From a bacterium (GTDB lineage: Bacteria; Elusimicrobiota; Elusimicrobia; UBA1565; UBA9628), in assembly GCA_021810245.1 (NCBI GenBank), contig JAJZJF010000001.1, forward strand, positions 5,582 through 69,581: DNA of 64,000 bases. Reading direction: 5' to 3'. The translations under genes were made by a program, and so were the position numbers. The notes under the pieces were generated by a model. It saw nothing but the letters and a program-made list of their open reading frames with translations, made no database searches and was not told the DNA's origin. Within the stretch, counting starts at the first letter, position 1. Every line of letters begins with the position of its first letter. Of the stretch, positions 7,677-18,355 are shown one piece after another.

Positions 7677-9137
7677 CTATTTTGGAAGCAACACTTTGAT
7701 ATCCCCCAGCGCCTTTGCGCTTTCGGCGTCCAGCGCGGCAATTTCATCCATGATTATTTTTGGGTCGCGGAGAACTGTTTCATCTTTCTTGTGCGGATTT
7801 TTTACTGAGAGGTCAAAAGTATTTGTATCAACATTGGCAATATTGATTGACCATGAATTTTCTGAATCGGCTTTGGTTTTTTGCAATTTCACGAATTCCG
7901 CCAAGTCATTTTCATTGAGCGGATTGGTCTTGCCGAGGTTTCGGTCTAAATTGAGTTGGTAAAACCAAATTTTGCGCGTGGACGCGCCCTTCTCAAAAAA
8001 CAGCACGACTGTTTTTACGCCTGCGCCTTGAAACGTGCCTCCGGGGCAGTCCAGAATTGTATGCAGATTGCAATTTTCTAGCAAAAGTTTTCGCAGACTG
8101 ACAGAGGCATTATCGGTGTTGGAAAGAAACGTGTTTTTGATCACGACACCCGCCTTGCCCCCCGCTTTCAGTATTTTGATGAAATGCTGGAGAAACAGAA
8201 AAGCGGTTTCGCCGGTCTTAATCGGAAAATTTTGCTGGACCTCGGCGCGTTCTTTGCCGCCAAACGGCGGATTGGCAAGAACGATGTCATAACGGTCTTT
8301 TTCCTGAATATCGGCTAAATTTTCCGCGAGGGTGTTCGTATGCACGATATTGGGGGCTTCGATGCCGTGCAAAATCATATTCATCGTGCCGATGATATAG
8401 GCGAGTGATTTTTTCTCTTTGCCGTAAAAGGTCTTTTTTTGAAGCGTTTCCGAGTCTTTGGTATTTAGGCTCTTGCTGGTTTTTAAGTATTCAAACGCTT
8501 CGCACAAAAAACCCGCCGATCCGACTGCGCCGTCATACACTTTATCGCCTATGCTGGGCGCTACCACCTTAACGATGGTTTTAATGAGTGGACGGGGCGT
8601 GTAGTATTCGCCACCGTTTCTGCCCGCGTTGCCCATATTCTTGATTTTGCCTTCATAGAGATGCGACATCTCGTGTTTTTCGGCGCTGGAGCGAAAGCGC
8701 AGTTCATTAACGCGGTTGATGACCTCGCGCAGGTTGTAGCCGCTTTGGATTTTATTTTTGATCTCGCTGAAAATTTCGCCGATCTTGTATTCGATGGTGT
8801 CAGCGCTTTCGGCCGAAGTATTAAATTTTTTGAGATAGGGAAACAGTTTTTGATCAACAAAATCTTTAAGGTCATCGCCCGTCAAGGCTTTGTGGTGGTC
8901 AATTTTTCCGTCTTTATCTTTGGGAAACGCCCAGACTTCCCATTGATATTGTTTGTCGATAATCCCGTCATAGGATTTGCCGGAAAGCTGGGCGGCAGTT
9001 TTTTTGTCTTTCTCAAAATCATCCAGATATTTTAAAAAGAGAATCCATGAGGTTTGCTCCACATAATCTAATTCGCTGCTGCATCCCGCATCTTTGTGAA
9101 GTATGTCGTCTATGTTTTTAAAGGTTTGTTCAAACAT
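7677..9137 (-). CDS. hsdM: Type I R-M N6-adenine DNA methyltransferase (HsdM)
   Basis: It carries the NPPFGG catalytic motif (LANPPFGGKERAE) and an N-terminal HsdM-type domain. It is followed by hsdS and hsdR on the same strand. Confidence 0.9.
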   Translation of the reverse strand: MFEQTFKNIDDILHKDAGCSSELDYVEQTSWILFLKYLDDFEKDKKTAAQLSGKSYDGIIDKQYQWEVWAFPKDKDGKIDHHKALTGDDLKDFVDQKLFPYLKKFNTSAESADTIEYKIGEIFSEIKNKIQSGYNLREVINRVNELRFRSSAEKHEMSHLYEGKIKNMGNAGRNGGEYYTPRPLIKTIVKVVAPSIGDKVYDGAVGSAGFLCEAFEYLKTSKSLNTKDSETLQKKTFYGKEKKSLAYIIGTMNMILHGIEAPNIVHTNTLAENLADIQEKDRYDIVLANPPFGGKERAEVQQNFPIKTGETAFLFLQHFIKILKAGGKAGVVIKNTFLSNTDNASVSLRKLLLENCNLHTILDCPGGTFQGAGVKTVVLFFEKGASTRKIWFYQLNLDRNLGKTNPLNENDLAEFVKLQKTKADSENSWSINIANVDTNTFDLSVKNPHKKDETVLRDPKIIMDEIAALDAESAKALGDIKVLLPK

Positions 9138-9759
9138 GGCGATTCCTCAATTGTTGATTCATTGGAAGCAAGAGCTTATTTATGGGAAGGCTCTTTTCCT
9201 TCTTAAAAAAATAATCGAGATTTTCTTTCCCTCCCGGCAGCAATTCCTTCGATTCGGAATCATAATGCATCCATTTAGGATATCCCCATTGTTCCTGAAG
9301 CCAAAAGATGTTCTCCCAATCCTCCGAATCGGCATAGTGCTCTTTCTGTATGGATGCCTTGGTAATATAAAAATAGGGAGCAAAAAAATCGAAGAGACTC
9401 TGGCGGACAGTGTCACGGTTCACTTTCTCATTTTTTATTAGGTAGCCTAGGTTTTCGAAGAAAATCATTATTGGAGCGTAAACTCTTTCTAAAGCATCTT
9501 TATCTGCGCTGGACCTTTTACAGGAATAATGAAGGGCGCAGAGCCCTCTATCTCCTCTAAGAGTGTATGCGAATTCATTCCACATCAAACGCCACAAATC
9601 GACTTGTGCCTGCTGAATTTGATGGTTTAACGTCTTATTGGCGGTCCTCGTAGTCCACAAAGCGGCAAAGGCGGCTCCGGCTGTTGCAATTGCCCCTACC
9701 GCCATCCAAAAGGTAGACGAGACAAGTAATTTTAAATATATCCAATGACTAGGGCACAT
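9130..9759 (-). CDS. Uncharacterised protein with an N-terminal transmembrane helix (209 aa); first gene of the hsd operon
   Basis: The ORF has a hydrophobic N-terminus (LKLLVSSTFWMAVGAIATAGAAFAALW) and its stop overlaps the hsdM start by 8 nt. I found no recognisable domain. Confidence 0.5.
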   Translation of the reverse strand: MCPSHWIYLKLLVSSTFWMAVGAIATAGAAFAALWTTRTANKTLNHQIQQAQVDLWRLMWNEFAYTLRGDRGLCALHYSCKRSSADKDALERVYAPIMIFFENLGYLIKNEKVNRDTVRQSLFDFFAPYFYITKASIQKEHYADSEDWENIFWLQEQWGYPKWMHYDSESKELLPGGKENLDYFFKKEKSLPINKLLLPMNQQLRNRHV

Positions 9760-10163
9760 CGGCTTAATTTTAGCATTCTAAAATACCGTGTAACTGCTCT
9801 TGCGTCTCTCCCCAGCAATTCCGCACATCGCAGCGGAAGCGTCGGAAAATGTGGCGAAATCCAAGCTGGCAGATTCGCGGATCATGATTTTGAGCCTAGG
9901 AGCGACGCGGAAGCGGCGTGACGGTCATAAAATCAAGACCGGCCCCAACACCGCCGCCCCAGCGGCTTGCCAGGGTGGTAGGATAATATTGCGCGGCAAG
10001 ATAATAGTCTAAGGAGGTTGCGCCCAAAAGGATTCCAGCTTCTGTAAAACCAAGTCATCCATGAATAGCCGTGATAGATGTAGCCTGGTGCGGCCTTGAC
10101 GCTGCGGCCGCTTGAGATTACGGTCAAAGAACACCGTCGTTAAAAAGAACGCTAAAAAAAGAA

Positions 10164-10989
10164 TCATAAAATTGGCCAGCATCGCTTGGTGAACCGCTTT
10201 AATAACCGCAGACCCGCCGAAGCCTCCGTATCCCCCGGCAAGAGCGGCTCTATATCCAGTTCAAGGACGGGCGTAACGCCAACCAACTGCAACACAACGT
10301 AGCGATGGTAATATTGGGTTTTTATTCCGCCCTCGACTTTAATGTCTCGCCTCATGCAGCCAGGACAGCGCCGCTTAAAGCTGCAGTAGGGTTCCTGCCC
10401 ATCTAATGCGCCGACCCAAGGATCCCAGCGGGCGGGGATTTTTAACTCCTGCCCTAGAGCGTTGTGGCTGCCCAGGCGCATGGCGTGCATCCCAAATTCG
10501 CTCAGCCACACCGCCCGAACGGGAATTTGAGGTTCTAAGCGCCCATCATGAACATGGGACAATAACTCCTCAAAATCCCATGTCCGCTCCAAATACTTCG
10601 CAAAGCGCGACAACACTTTCTTTTTAGGCTTTTCCCCTTCCGATTTCCTTCCAACGTTCATCCCCAACAATCGCAAGAAGCCTCCGCGCTTCTTGGTAGC
10701 TCTTGGCCCAGTCTCGAATCTCATCAAGCTGCTTGGGCGGGATGCTTTTCATTCTCATTTTCCCATGTTGGCTTTGGCTGGCATACCATGAGATATGCCA
10801 GTAGCGCTTCCCCTTAGCGCAGCGGCAGGTGGCCGTGCCGCAATACCGCTTCATGGGAACCAGGTTGGCTCTCAATATCCCTCTGCTGCCGTTCATTATT
10901 TGACGAAGGCGGGCGCGAGCCGTCCGTTCTTTAGCTGATTTTAACGCCATGACGACCTCCTTAAACATGATATTACTAATATATATCAT
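10164..10989 (-). pseudogene. Zinc-ribbon (CGTATCRCAKGKRYW...) protein split into two overlapping frames (121 aa and 187 aa); possibly a degraded mobile-element recombinase or transposase gene
   Basis: Two same-strand ORFs (10624..10989 and 10164..10727) overlap by 104 nt in different frames. Cys-rich motifs are present (CxxxCxC and CSFKRRCPGC). It sits 26 bp inside the right direct repeat. Confidence 0.4.
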
Positions 10990-11015
10990 GTTATAGCGAT
11001 AAAGTCAAGCAAAAT

Positions 11016-11097
11016 GCGAATGCGAATTTGCTCCTCAAGCCCGGATTAAACAACTATTGACGGCTGAAGACTAGAAAATTAGGGAAGGTGCGGAATT
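11016..11097. repeat. Right copy of the 82-bp perfect direct repeat
   Basis: Identical to 393..474. Confidence 0.9.
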
Positions 11098-11232
11098 ACA
11101 GACGACCCTCAAGATTCTGACTGATTTTATCCGACGATGTTGCTGGGGGAACGAACTCTTTTGGTTAAAAAGCGTATTAGGGTTGGGCGATTTAAAATGC
11201 CTAAAGAAACGATAAAAGGAAGGGATATTTGT

Positions 11233-12144
11233 ATGAAAAGCTCTATCAATGGCATGGCCGAGGAGTTCCGCTCCCAACTTAACAAACCAGGCGCCGTCGA
11301 ACTTCCCGGCTGCTACGACGTCTTAAGCGCGATGATTCTTGAGGAGGCCGGGTTTAATGCGGTTTTTCTCAGCGGCTACGGAGTCGCGGCGAGCATGCTG
11401 GGCAATCCGGACATCGGTCTTACTAGTTTAGCCGAAACGGCGGCAGCGGCAAAGAGCGTGGTCAATGCGTTAAAAATTCCGATAGTAGTTGACATCGACA
11501 ACGGCTACGGCAATGAAGACAATGTCCTCCGTGTAATTCACGAACTCGAATACTCCGGGGTCGCCGCAGTGATCATGGAAGACCAGATCATGCCCAAGCG
11601 CTGCGGCCATTCCGGAAACAAACAAGTTATTCCGATTGAGCAATACATGGCCAAATTAGAATGCGCTTTAAAAAGCAGGCAGACGCCCATGACGGTCATC
11701 GCCCGCACCGATTCCATGGATCTAAGCGAAGCGATTTCCCGCGCCAAGATGTTTCACTCCGCGGGAGCGGATGTGACGCTCATTGATGGATTGTCGTCGC
11801 GCGACGCAATCAAACGGGTCGCCGATGAAGTTCCTGGGCACAAACAAATTAATCTCATTTATGGAGGAAAGACGCCGCTTCTCTCTGTTAAGGAGCTCGC
11901 CGAACTTGGGTTTAAAGTCGTTTTATACTCCACGCCCGCGCTTTACGCGGCGGCTCAAACGCTTCTTGAGTCAATGCGCCGATTACGAGAGTCTCATGAT
12001 ATCAACTCAATCTCGAGCGAGAGTATTCCGTTTAAGAATTTTCAGGAATTTATCGAGAGGAAATACGCTGAAAGAAACGCTCGCAAATTAGAGCGATCTA
12101 ATCACAAATCCACGACTGCTCCATCATCGGCGGCGATAAGATAG
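11233..12144 (+). CDS. PEP mutase/isocitrate lyase superfamily enzyme (2-methylisocitrate lyase or carboxyvinyl-carboxyphosphonate phosphorylmutase-like)
   Basis: Characteristic sequences VFLSGYGVAAS, DIDNGYGNEDNV and GVAAVIMEDQ are present. The AGGAAGG RBS sits 8 nt before the ATG at 11233, so the 11137 ORF start is likely an over-extension. Confidence 0.75.
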   Translation: MKSSINGMAEEFRSQLNKPGAVELPGCYDVLSAMILEEAGFNAVFLSGYGVAASMLGNPDIGLTSLAETAAAAKSVVNALKIPIVVDIDNGYGNEDNVLRVIHELEYSGVAAVIMEDQIMPKRCGHSGNKQVIPIEQYMAKLECALKSRQTPMTVIARTDSMDLSEAISRAKMFHSAGADVTLIDGLSSRDAIKRVADEVPGHKQINLIYGGKTPLLSVKELAELGFKVVLYSTPALYAAAQTLLESMRRLRESHDINSISSESIPFKNFQEFIERKYAERNARKLERSNHKSTTAPSSAAIR

Positions 12145-12156
12145 CTCAGAGATTCT

Positions 12157-13974
12157 TTATTTTTTCTGGGGCAGAGGCGGCGCCCTATTAGCCAGACCGT
12201 TTCGCATCCCCATAATTGTTTTTAATCGCGCACGCAAAACCTCCTCTTTCTTTTGAAGGTCTCCTTGGGTTAGGGTTTTCCGACTCGCGATCGTTAAAGC
12301 AGCATTCTTTAAGGCAAATATGGAAGCTTCAAAAAAATCCTCGACTGTTTTTTGCGCTTCACCCGCCGTTGCCTCAAGCCTTATCTCATAATCATAACGC
12401 AATCTCCCGGCATTGACATCCATGGCCTCTTCCACCTTCCTCTTGAGGGCCTTTAAAAAAATAGATTTAAACATCCGCAGCGTCGGCATAGGCAAGAAAC
12501 TCCTCTCCCAAATCGGAACTTCCTCTAAAACAAACCAGACGGTGGGCGGAGAAACGATAAGCGTGGGTTTATGGACAACCTCGTGTTCGGTTTTGGCAAC
12601 CGCGCAAACTTCTTTAAGAGACTCGTTAAGCATATCCGTTGCATTTTCCAAATATCTATCCGTTATCTCTTGAAAAGTTTTGGCCCAATGAGGCTCTTCT
12701 TTTTCCAGATACCGAAGAAAAGACGTCTCGACGGAATTTAAAAAATACCTATTGAGCTGGGAACGAATTTTCGATGAGGACTGATGACAAATATTTTGGT
12801 AAAGCGCCGTTAATTGGGCCGTTATTTCCTTCAATTGAATTTGAACGTATTCATACAAGTCTTCCTGCATCGTCCGAATATGGTCTTTTAAATCGCAACG
12901 ATAGAGTTTTGAAAGTTCATATTGCCGTCGGCGAGTTGTTTCTAAAATTTGTTTAAATACCGCTTCTTGATTTTCAATATCTTGCGCGGCCTTGGTTAAT
13001 GACCCCAGCTCAAGTTCAATTTCAAGACAAAGATTTCCAAGAAGGCGTTCCGCTCTCTCTGATACCGATTGTCTCAAAAGATTTCTTTTTCCCTCGATCA
13101 TGAGATGGTTTAAAGAGTCCTCAAGACTCTGCATGCCGCTTTGCCGCCACAACTCGGCATCCGCGTTTTTCTTGGCCTCAAGACCTCGCTTGGCGGAAAT
13201 GGGAAAGAGGAGCGCATTCCCTTCGCCCAAGACCGATCGAAGCGCGCTTCTTATAAATCGGAGCGACTGTTCCAGTTCTTCGGTGGAAAAATAATCCACC
13301 TTGTTGACAATCACATAAAGCCTTTTCGTCCAGCGCCGAATGGAGTTGAGAAATTCCAATTCCAACTCGCTTATCGGCGGATCCACGCTTAAGACCAAGA
13401 TCATGGCATCGGCCTTGGGAAAATAGCGTTCGGCAACTTGCGTGTTGTGTCGGTAGATGGACCCCACTCCCGGCGTATCAACGAGGATGGTCCCTTCGCG
13501 CAGGAAGGGAGATGGGATATCGACGATGACCCTATCCACTTTCTTTTCATTCTTTGGGTTGCGGTCCTCGGCCACGAAATCGGGGATATGGTTGAAGGAT
13601 ATGTTCTCCCGGTGTCCGCCTAAAAACTCGACATTGGCCGCTTTCTCTTTGCCGCAGCGCACCAAGGTGACCACCGAAGTCAGCGGCACGACGGCCATCG
13701 GCAGAACTGGCTCGCCGACCAAAGCGTTAATCAGCGTGGATTTCCCACGCTTAAAAGACCCGACCACCACGATTTGAAGCTCATTTTCAGACAGTTTACG
13801 CTTGAGTTCCTGCAGCCGTGAATTCAAATCTTCCCGGCCGATTTCGGCCAAAAAATCAGAAATACGATCAAGATATCGCTTCGCTCCATCCAGGCTCATT
13901 TGGCCTGCGCCTAATGAACAAAGCGCGGCTTCATTTAACTCAATGAAATTGGATGATTCGTTTTTTAAGGCCAT
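12157..13974 (-). CDS. Bacterial dynamin-like GTPase (605 aa)
   Basis: G1 P-loop GSFKRGKSTLINAL, G3 DTPGVGS and G4 NKVD are present, followed by a long helical C-terminal region. Confidence 0.75.
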   Translation of the reverse strand: MALKNESSNFIELNEAALCSLGAGQMSLDGAKRYLDRISDFLAEIGREDLNSRLQELKRKLSENELQIVVVGSFKRGKSTLINALVGEPVLPMAVVPLTSVVTLVRCGKEKAANVEFLGGHRENISFNHIPDFVAEDRNPKNEKKVDRVIVDIPSPFLREGTILVDTPGVGSIYRHNTQVAERYFPKADAMILVLSVDPPISELELEFLNSIRRWTKRLYVIVNKVDYFSTEELEQSLRFIRSALRSVLGEGNALLFPISAKRGLEAKKNADAELWRQSGMQSLEDSLNHLMIEGKRNLLRQSVSERAERLLGNLCLEIELELGSLTKAAQDIENQEAVFKQILETTRRRQYELSKLYRCDLKDHIRTMQEDLYEYVQIQLKEITAQLTALYQNICHQSSSKIRSQLNRYFLNSVETSFLRYLEKEEPHWAKTFQEITDRYLENATDMLNESLKEVCAVAKTEHEVVHKPTLIVSPPTVWFVLEEVPIWERSFLPMPTLRMFKSIFLKALKRKVEEAMDVNAGRLRYDYEIRLEATAGEAQKTVEDFFEASIFALKNAALTIASRKTLTQGDLQKKEEVLRARLKTIMGMRNGLANRAPPLPQKK

Positions 13975-13977
13975 AAA

Positions 13978-14472
13978 TTATGCGCTTCGGAGCTTCTCCT
14001 TTTCCAACTCCATGAGATTTCGGATGTTCTCCTCCAAATCAGCGCGAATTCCTATCGGCGGCTTCGACGCCGCGCAACGACGATAACAATCAAGAGCCGC
14101 GCCAGTTTTCCCATGTTTTTCATAAAACAACCCCAGGCAAAAAAGCGCTCCTGACTCGTCCGGCTTTTGACGCAAAGCCTCTAGCGCCCAGAACTCCGCA
14201 TCCTTCCATCGCCCCCACGCGAGATACGCGCGGGACAAGTTCGCCTTGAAGCGCGCATTCCATGGATTGATTTCAGCTGCGATCTTAAATTCTCGCGCGG
14301 ATGTTTCCCAGAAGCGCCCTTGAAAAAACTCCAATCCAAGGGCATTGTGGTTATGGCCGCCCCATGGATTGCGCCCGAGAATTTTTTCGCGCCGCCTAAC
14401 CCCTTCAGGCGTCATGGCCTTTCCGGGACTGATAAATTTTTTGCGGTAATTATTCGACACATCCCCCCTCAA
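13978..14472 (-). CDS. TPR-repeat protein
   Basis: TPR-like helical repeats (AEINPWNARFKANLSRAYLAWGRWKDAEFWALEALRQKP...ALFCLGLFYEKHGK). It is directly upstream of the dynamin-like gene, with a 3-nt gap. Confidence 0.55.
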   Translation of the reverse strand: MRGDVSNNYRKKFISPGKAMTPEGVRRREKILGRNPWGGHNHNALGLEFFQGRFWETSAREFKIAAEINPWNARFKANLSRAYLAWGRWKDAEFWALEALRQKPDESGALFCLGLFYEKHGKTGAALDCYRRCAASKPPIGIRADLEENIRNLMELEKEKLRSA

Positions 14473-14491
14473 CTATTTTCATTGACAGGCT

Positions 14492-16416
<1,925 letters not shown>

Positions 16417-16417
16417 A

Positions 16418-16795
16418 TCAGCCCCCCTTCTTTTCCGTTAGATTTTTTGATCGAGGGCGCGTCGCATCGGCGCGATAGAGGATCACATGAACCTTCTCCA
16501 TTGTGACCAGGCCTTCTTTGACCATCTCATCAATCTTAGGCAATAGCTTGTTAATATTCTCTTCGCTATCGACGATCTCGATGACAATAGGAAGATCGTA
16601 GGACAACTCCAGCATTTTAGCTGTATGAATATGGGCCTTGAGGCCAAATCCCATGAACCCGCGAGTCGCTGTCGCCCCCGCCATGCCGAGTTCGCGCGCC
16701 GCTCCGATGATAGCCTCATACAAAGGCGCTCCACTCCAGACGTCCTGCTCTCCAATAAAAATACGCAACAGTTTTTGTTCTCCCTCTAGTTTCAT
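16418..16795 (-). CDS. DUF190 (PII-like) domain protein
   Basis: LLRIFIGEQD...PLYEAII matches the DUF190 pattern. The protein is small, about 125 aa. Confidence 0.6.
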   Translation of the reverse strand: MKLEGEQKLLRIFIGEQDVWSGAPLYEAIIGAARELGMAGATATRGFMGFGLKAHIHTAKMLELSYDLPIVIEIVDSEENINKLLPKIDEMVKEGLVTMEKVHVILYRADATRPRSKNLTEKKGG

Positions 16796-16810
16796 ATTTT
16801 CTCCTTTGGC

Positions 16811-18355
16811 CTATCGCGCCGGGGCCAATCTTGCCCATGCGTCGGATGAAACTCCAACCGCGTAGTCAAGGTTCGCTGAAGCCGTCAAAAAATCCGCCGT
16901 CGCTAAAATTTTCGTGTAACGGGCGCGCGCAAAATCGCGCTGGGCTGACATCAGTTCGACGATATTGCTTAATCCTTCTTTGTAGCTTTTACTATAGGCG
17001 TCATAGGACTCAGACGCCGCGTCCCACAGCTTAAGAGCATCCTCATATTTCTGCCGCATCGCGTCAAAAACAAAATAGGCGCGCCATACATCCGCGATGA
17101 TCTGAAGTTCATGCAACTTCAGAATATCCTCACGGGAATGGACCATCGCATGGGCTCGGCTCAAGTCGTTATGACGACGAAAACCATTGAACAAGTCCCA
17201 TCTTAAAGTAAACAGAGCTGAATAAAAAGGTTGCGCCTCGGAGTAATAAGGCGTTTGAACGGGGGCGTTGCCCATCGCGGGCAGCGGCGTTGGATGGTGC
17301 AAATTGAGCCACCACTGCGTTTCATTGTAATACCCGCCAAAGCTTAGGGTCGGGCGGAACTCCGCTTCAGCGCGAGCCGCAATGGCCTCGCTATTTTTGA
17401 GCCTTTCCACTTCCGCCGCAAGATCTGGACGCGCATTCAAGGCCTGGTTAATAAAAGTCCCCGCATCCAACCCTAGGAACTTTGGAATTTCCTGTTCCCC
17501 CAATGTCCCGACTTTTAAATTTACGTCGGATGGAACCCCAACAGCCACCGCGAGAGCCGCCTGCGCCTCAGCCCGACGGGCTCTTGCATCATCCACGTCT
17601 AGTTTCGCGCGCGCGCGCCTTTCCTCCGCGAATTTTAAATCCGGCAGGGTTGAGAGCCCGCGCTTCATCATATCCGATACCGATAAAAAATCTGTTTCGG
17701 CAAACTCAAGATTGACCTTGGCCGCATCCACCATTTCTTGCGCCGCCGCCAAGGCGTAAAAAGATCCTTTAACTCTGAAAATAATTTCCTCTATCTTGCG
17801 GTTAAAATCGAGATTGGCCGATAAGAGAGCCGCGTGAGCGGCCGCAACCTCGGACCTGCGGCGCCCAAATTCGCTAATCGAATACTCTAAGCCAATTTGA
17901 GCGTTCGCCGAACCTAGGCGATCGTCTCCCGGAGGGACAATCGAGTTATACATAAAACGGCTATAGCCGTCTTGCGAAGAAAAACTAATGCGCGGATAGT
18001 ACCGCGAAAAAGACATTCCATAAGTCGCGGCCTTAACTCGAGTTCTTTCCCAAATAGCTTCAAGCTCGGGATTGGAGTTTAAAGCCGTATTAATTAAGCT
18101 GTCAATCTTTTTCTCTCCTGAATTAGATTCAAATCCGGGGGGAGTAAGAGATTTTTTTTCAAAGCCTTTAGGCTTGGCTGAGGACGATTTTCCTTGGCTT
18201 GAAACCCAAAACGTATTGGAAGACTCTGGAGCATAAAGATTGGGGTTTGTCTCGGGGCGAGAAGCGAGAAAGGAAGAATAACCCCTCCGCGCGAGCGCCG
18301 CGACAAAGATACTGACGATAAGACTTCGGCGAGCTAAACCGGCTGTGCGTTCCAT
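16811..18355 (-). CDS. TolC-family outer-membrane efflux protein
   Basis: It is an outer-membrane efflux (OEP) type protein with two repeated halves. The likely start is MERTAGLARRSLIVSIFVAALA with a GGAGAG RBS; the ORF track start at 18448 overlaps the upstream gene. Confidence 0.75.
   Translation of the reverse strand: MERTAGLARRSLIVSIFVAALARRGYSSFLASRPETNPNLYAPESSNTFWVSSQGKSSSAKPKGFEKKSLTPPGFESNSGEKKIDSLINTALNSNPELEAIWERTRVKAATYGMSFSRYYPRISFSSQDGYSRFMYNSIVPPGDDRLGSANAQIGLEYSISEFGRRRSEVAAAHAALLSANLDFNRKIEEIIFRVKGSFYALAAAQEMVDAAKVNLEFAETDFLSVSDMMKRGLSTLPDLKFAEERRARAKLDVDDARARRAEAQAALAVAVGVPSDVNLKVGTLGEQEIPKFLGLDAGTFINQALNARPDLAAEVERLKNSEAIAARAEAEFRPTLSFGGYYNETQWWLNLHHPTPLPAMGNAPVQTPYYSEAQPFYSALFTLRWDLFNGFRRHNDLSRAHAMVHSREDILKLHELQIIADVWRAYFVFDAMRQKYEDALKLWDAASESYDAYSKSYKEGLSNIVELMSAQRDFARARYTKILATADFLTASANLDYAVGVSSDAWARLAPAR

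Noticed and set aside
9760-10163. Intergenic 400 bp between the hsd operon start and the zinc-ribbon gene: looked for a promoter, tRNA or IS inverted repeats
   Set aside because: I found no clear -35/-10 pair, no cloverleaf, and no inverted repeat matching the other end of the zinc-ribbon gene.
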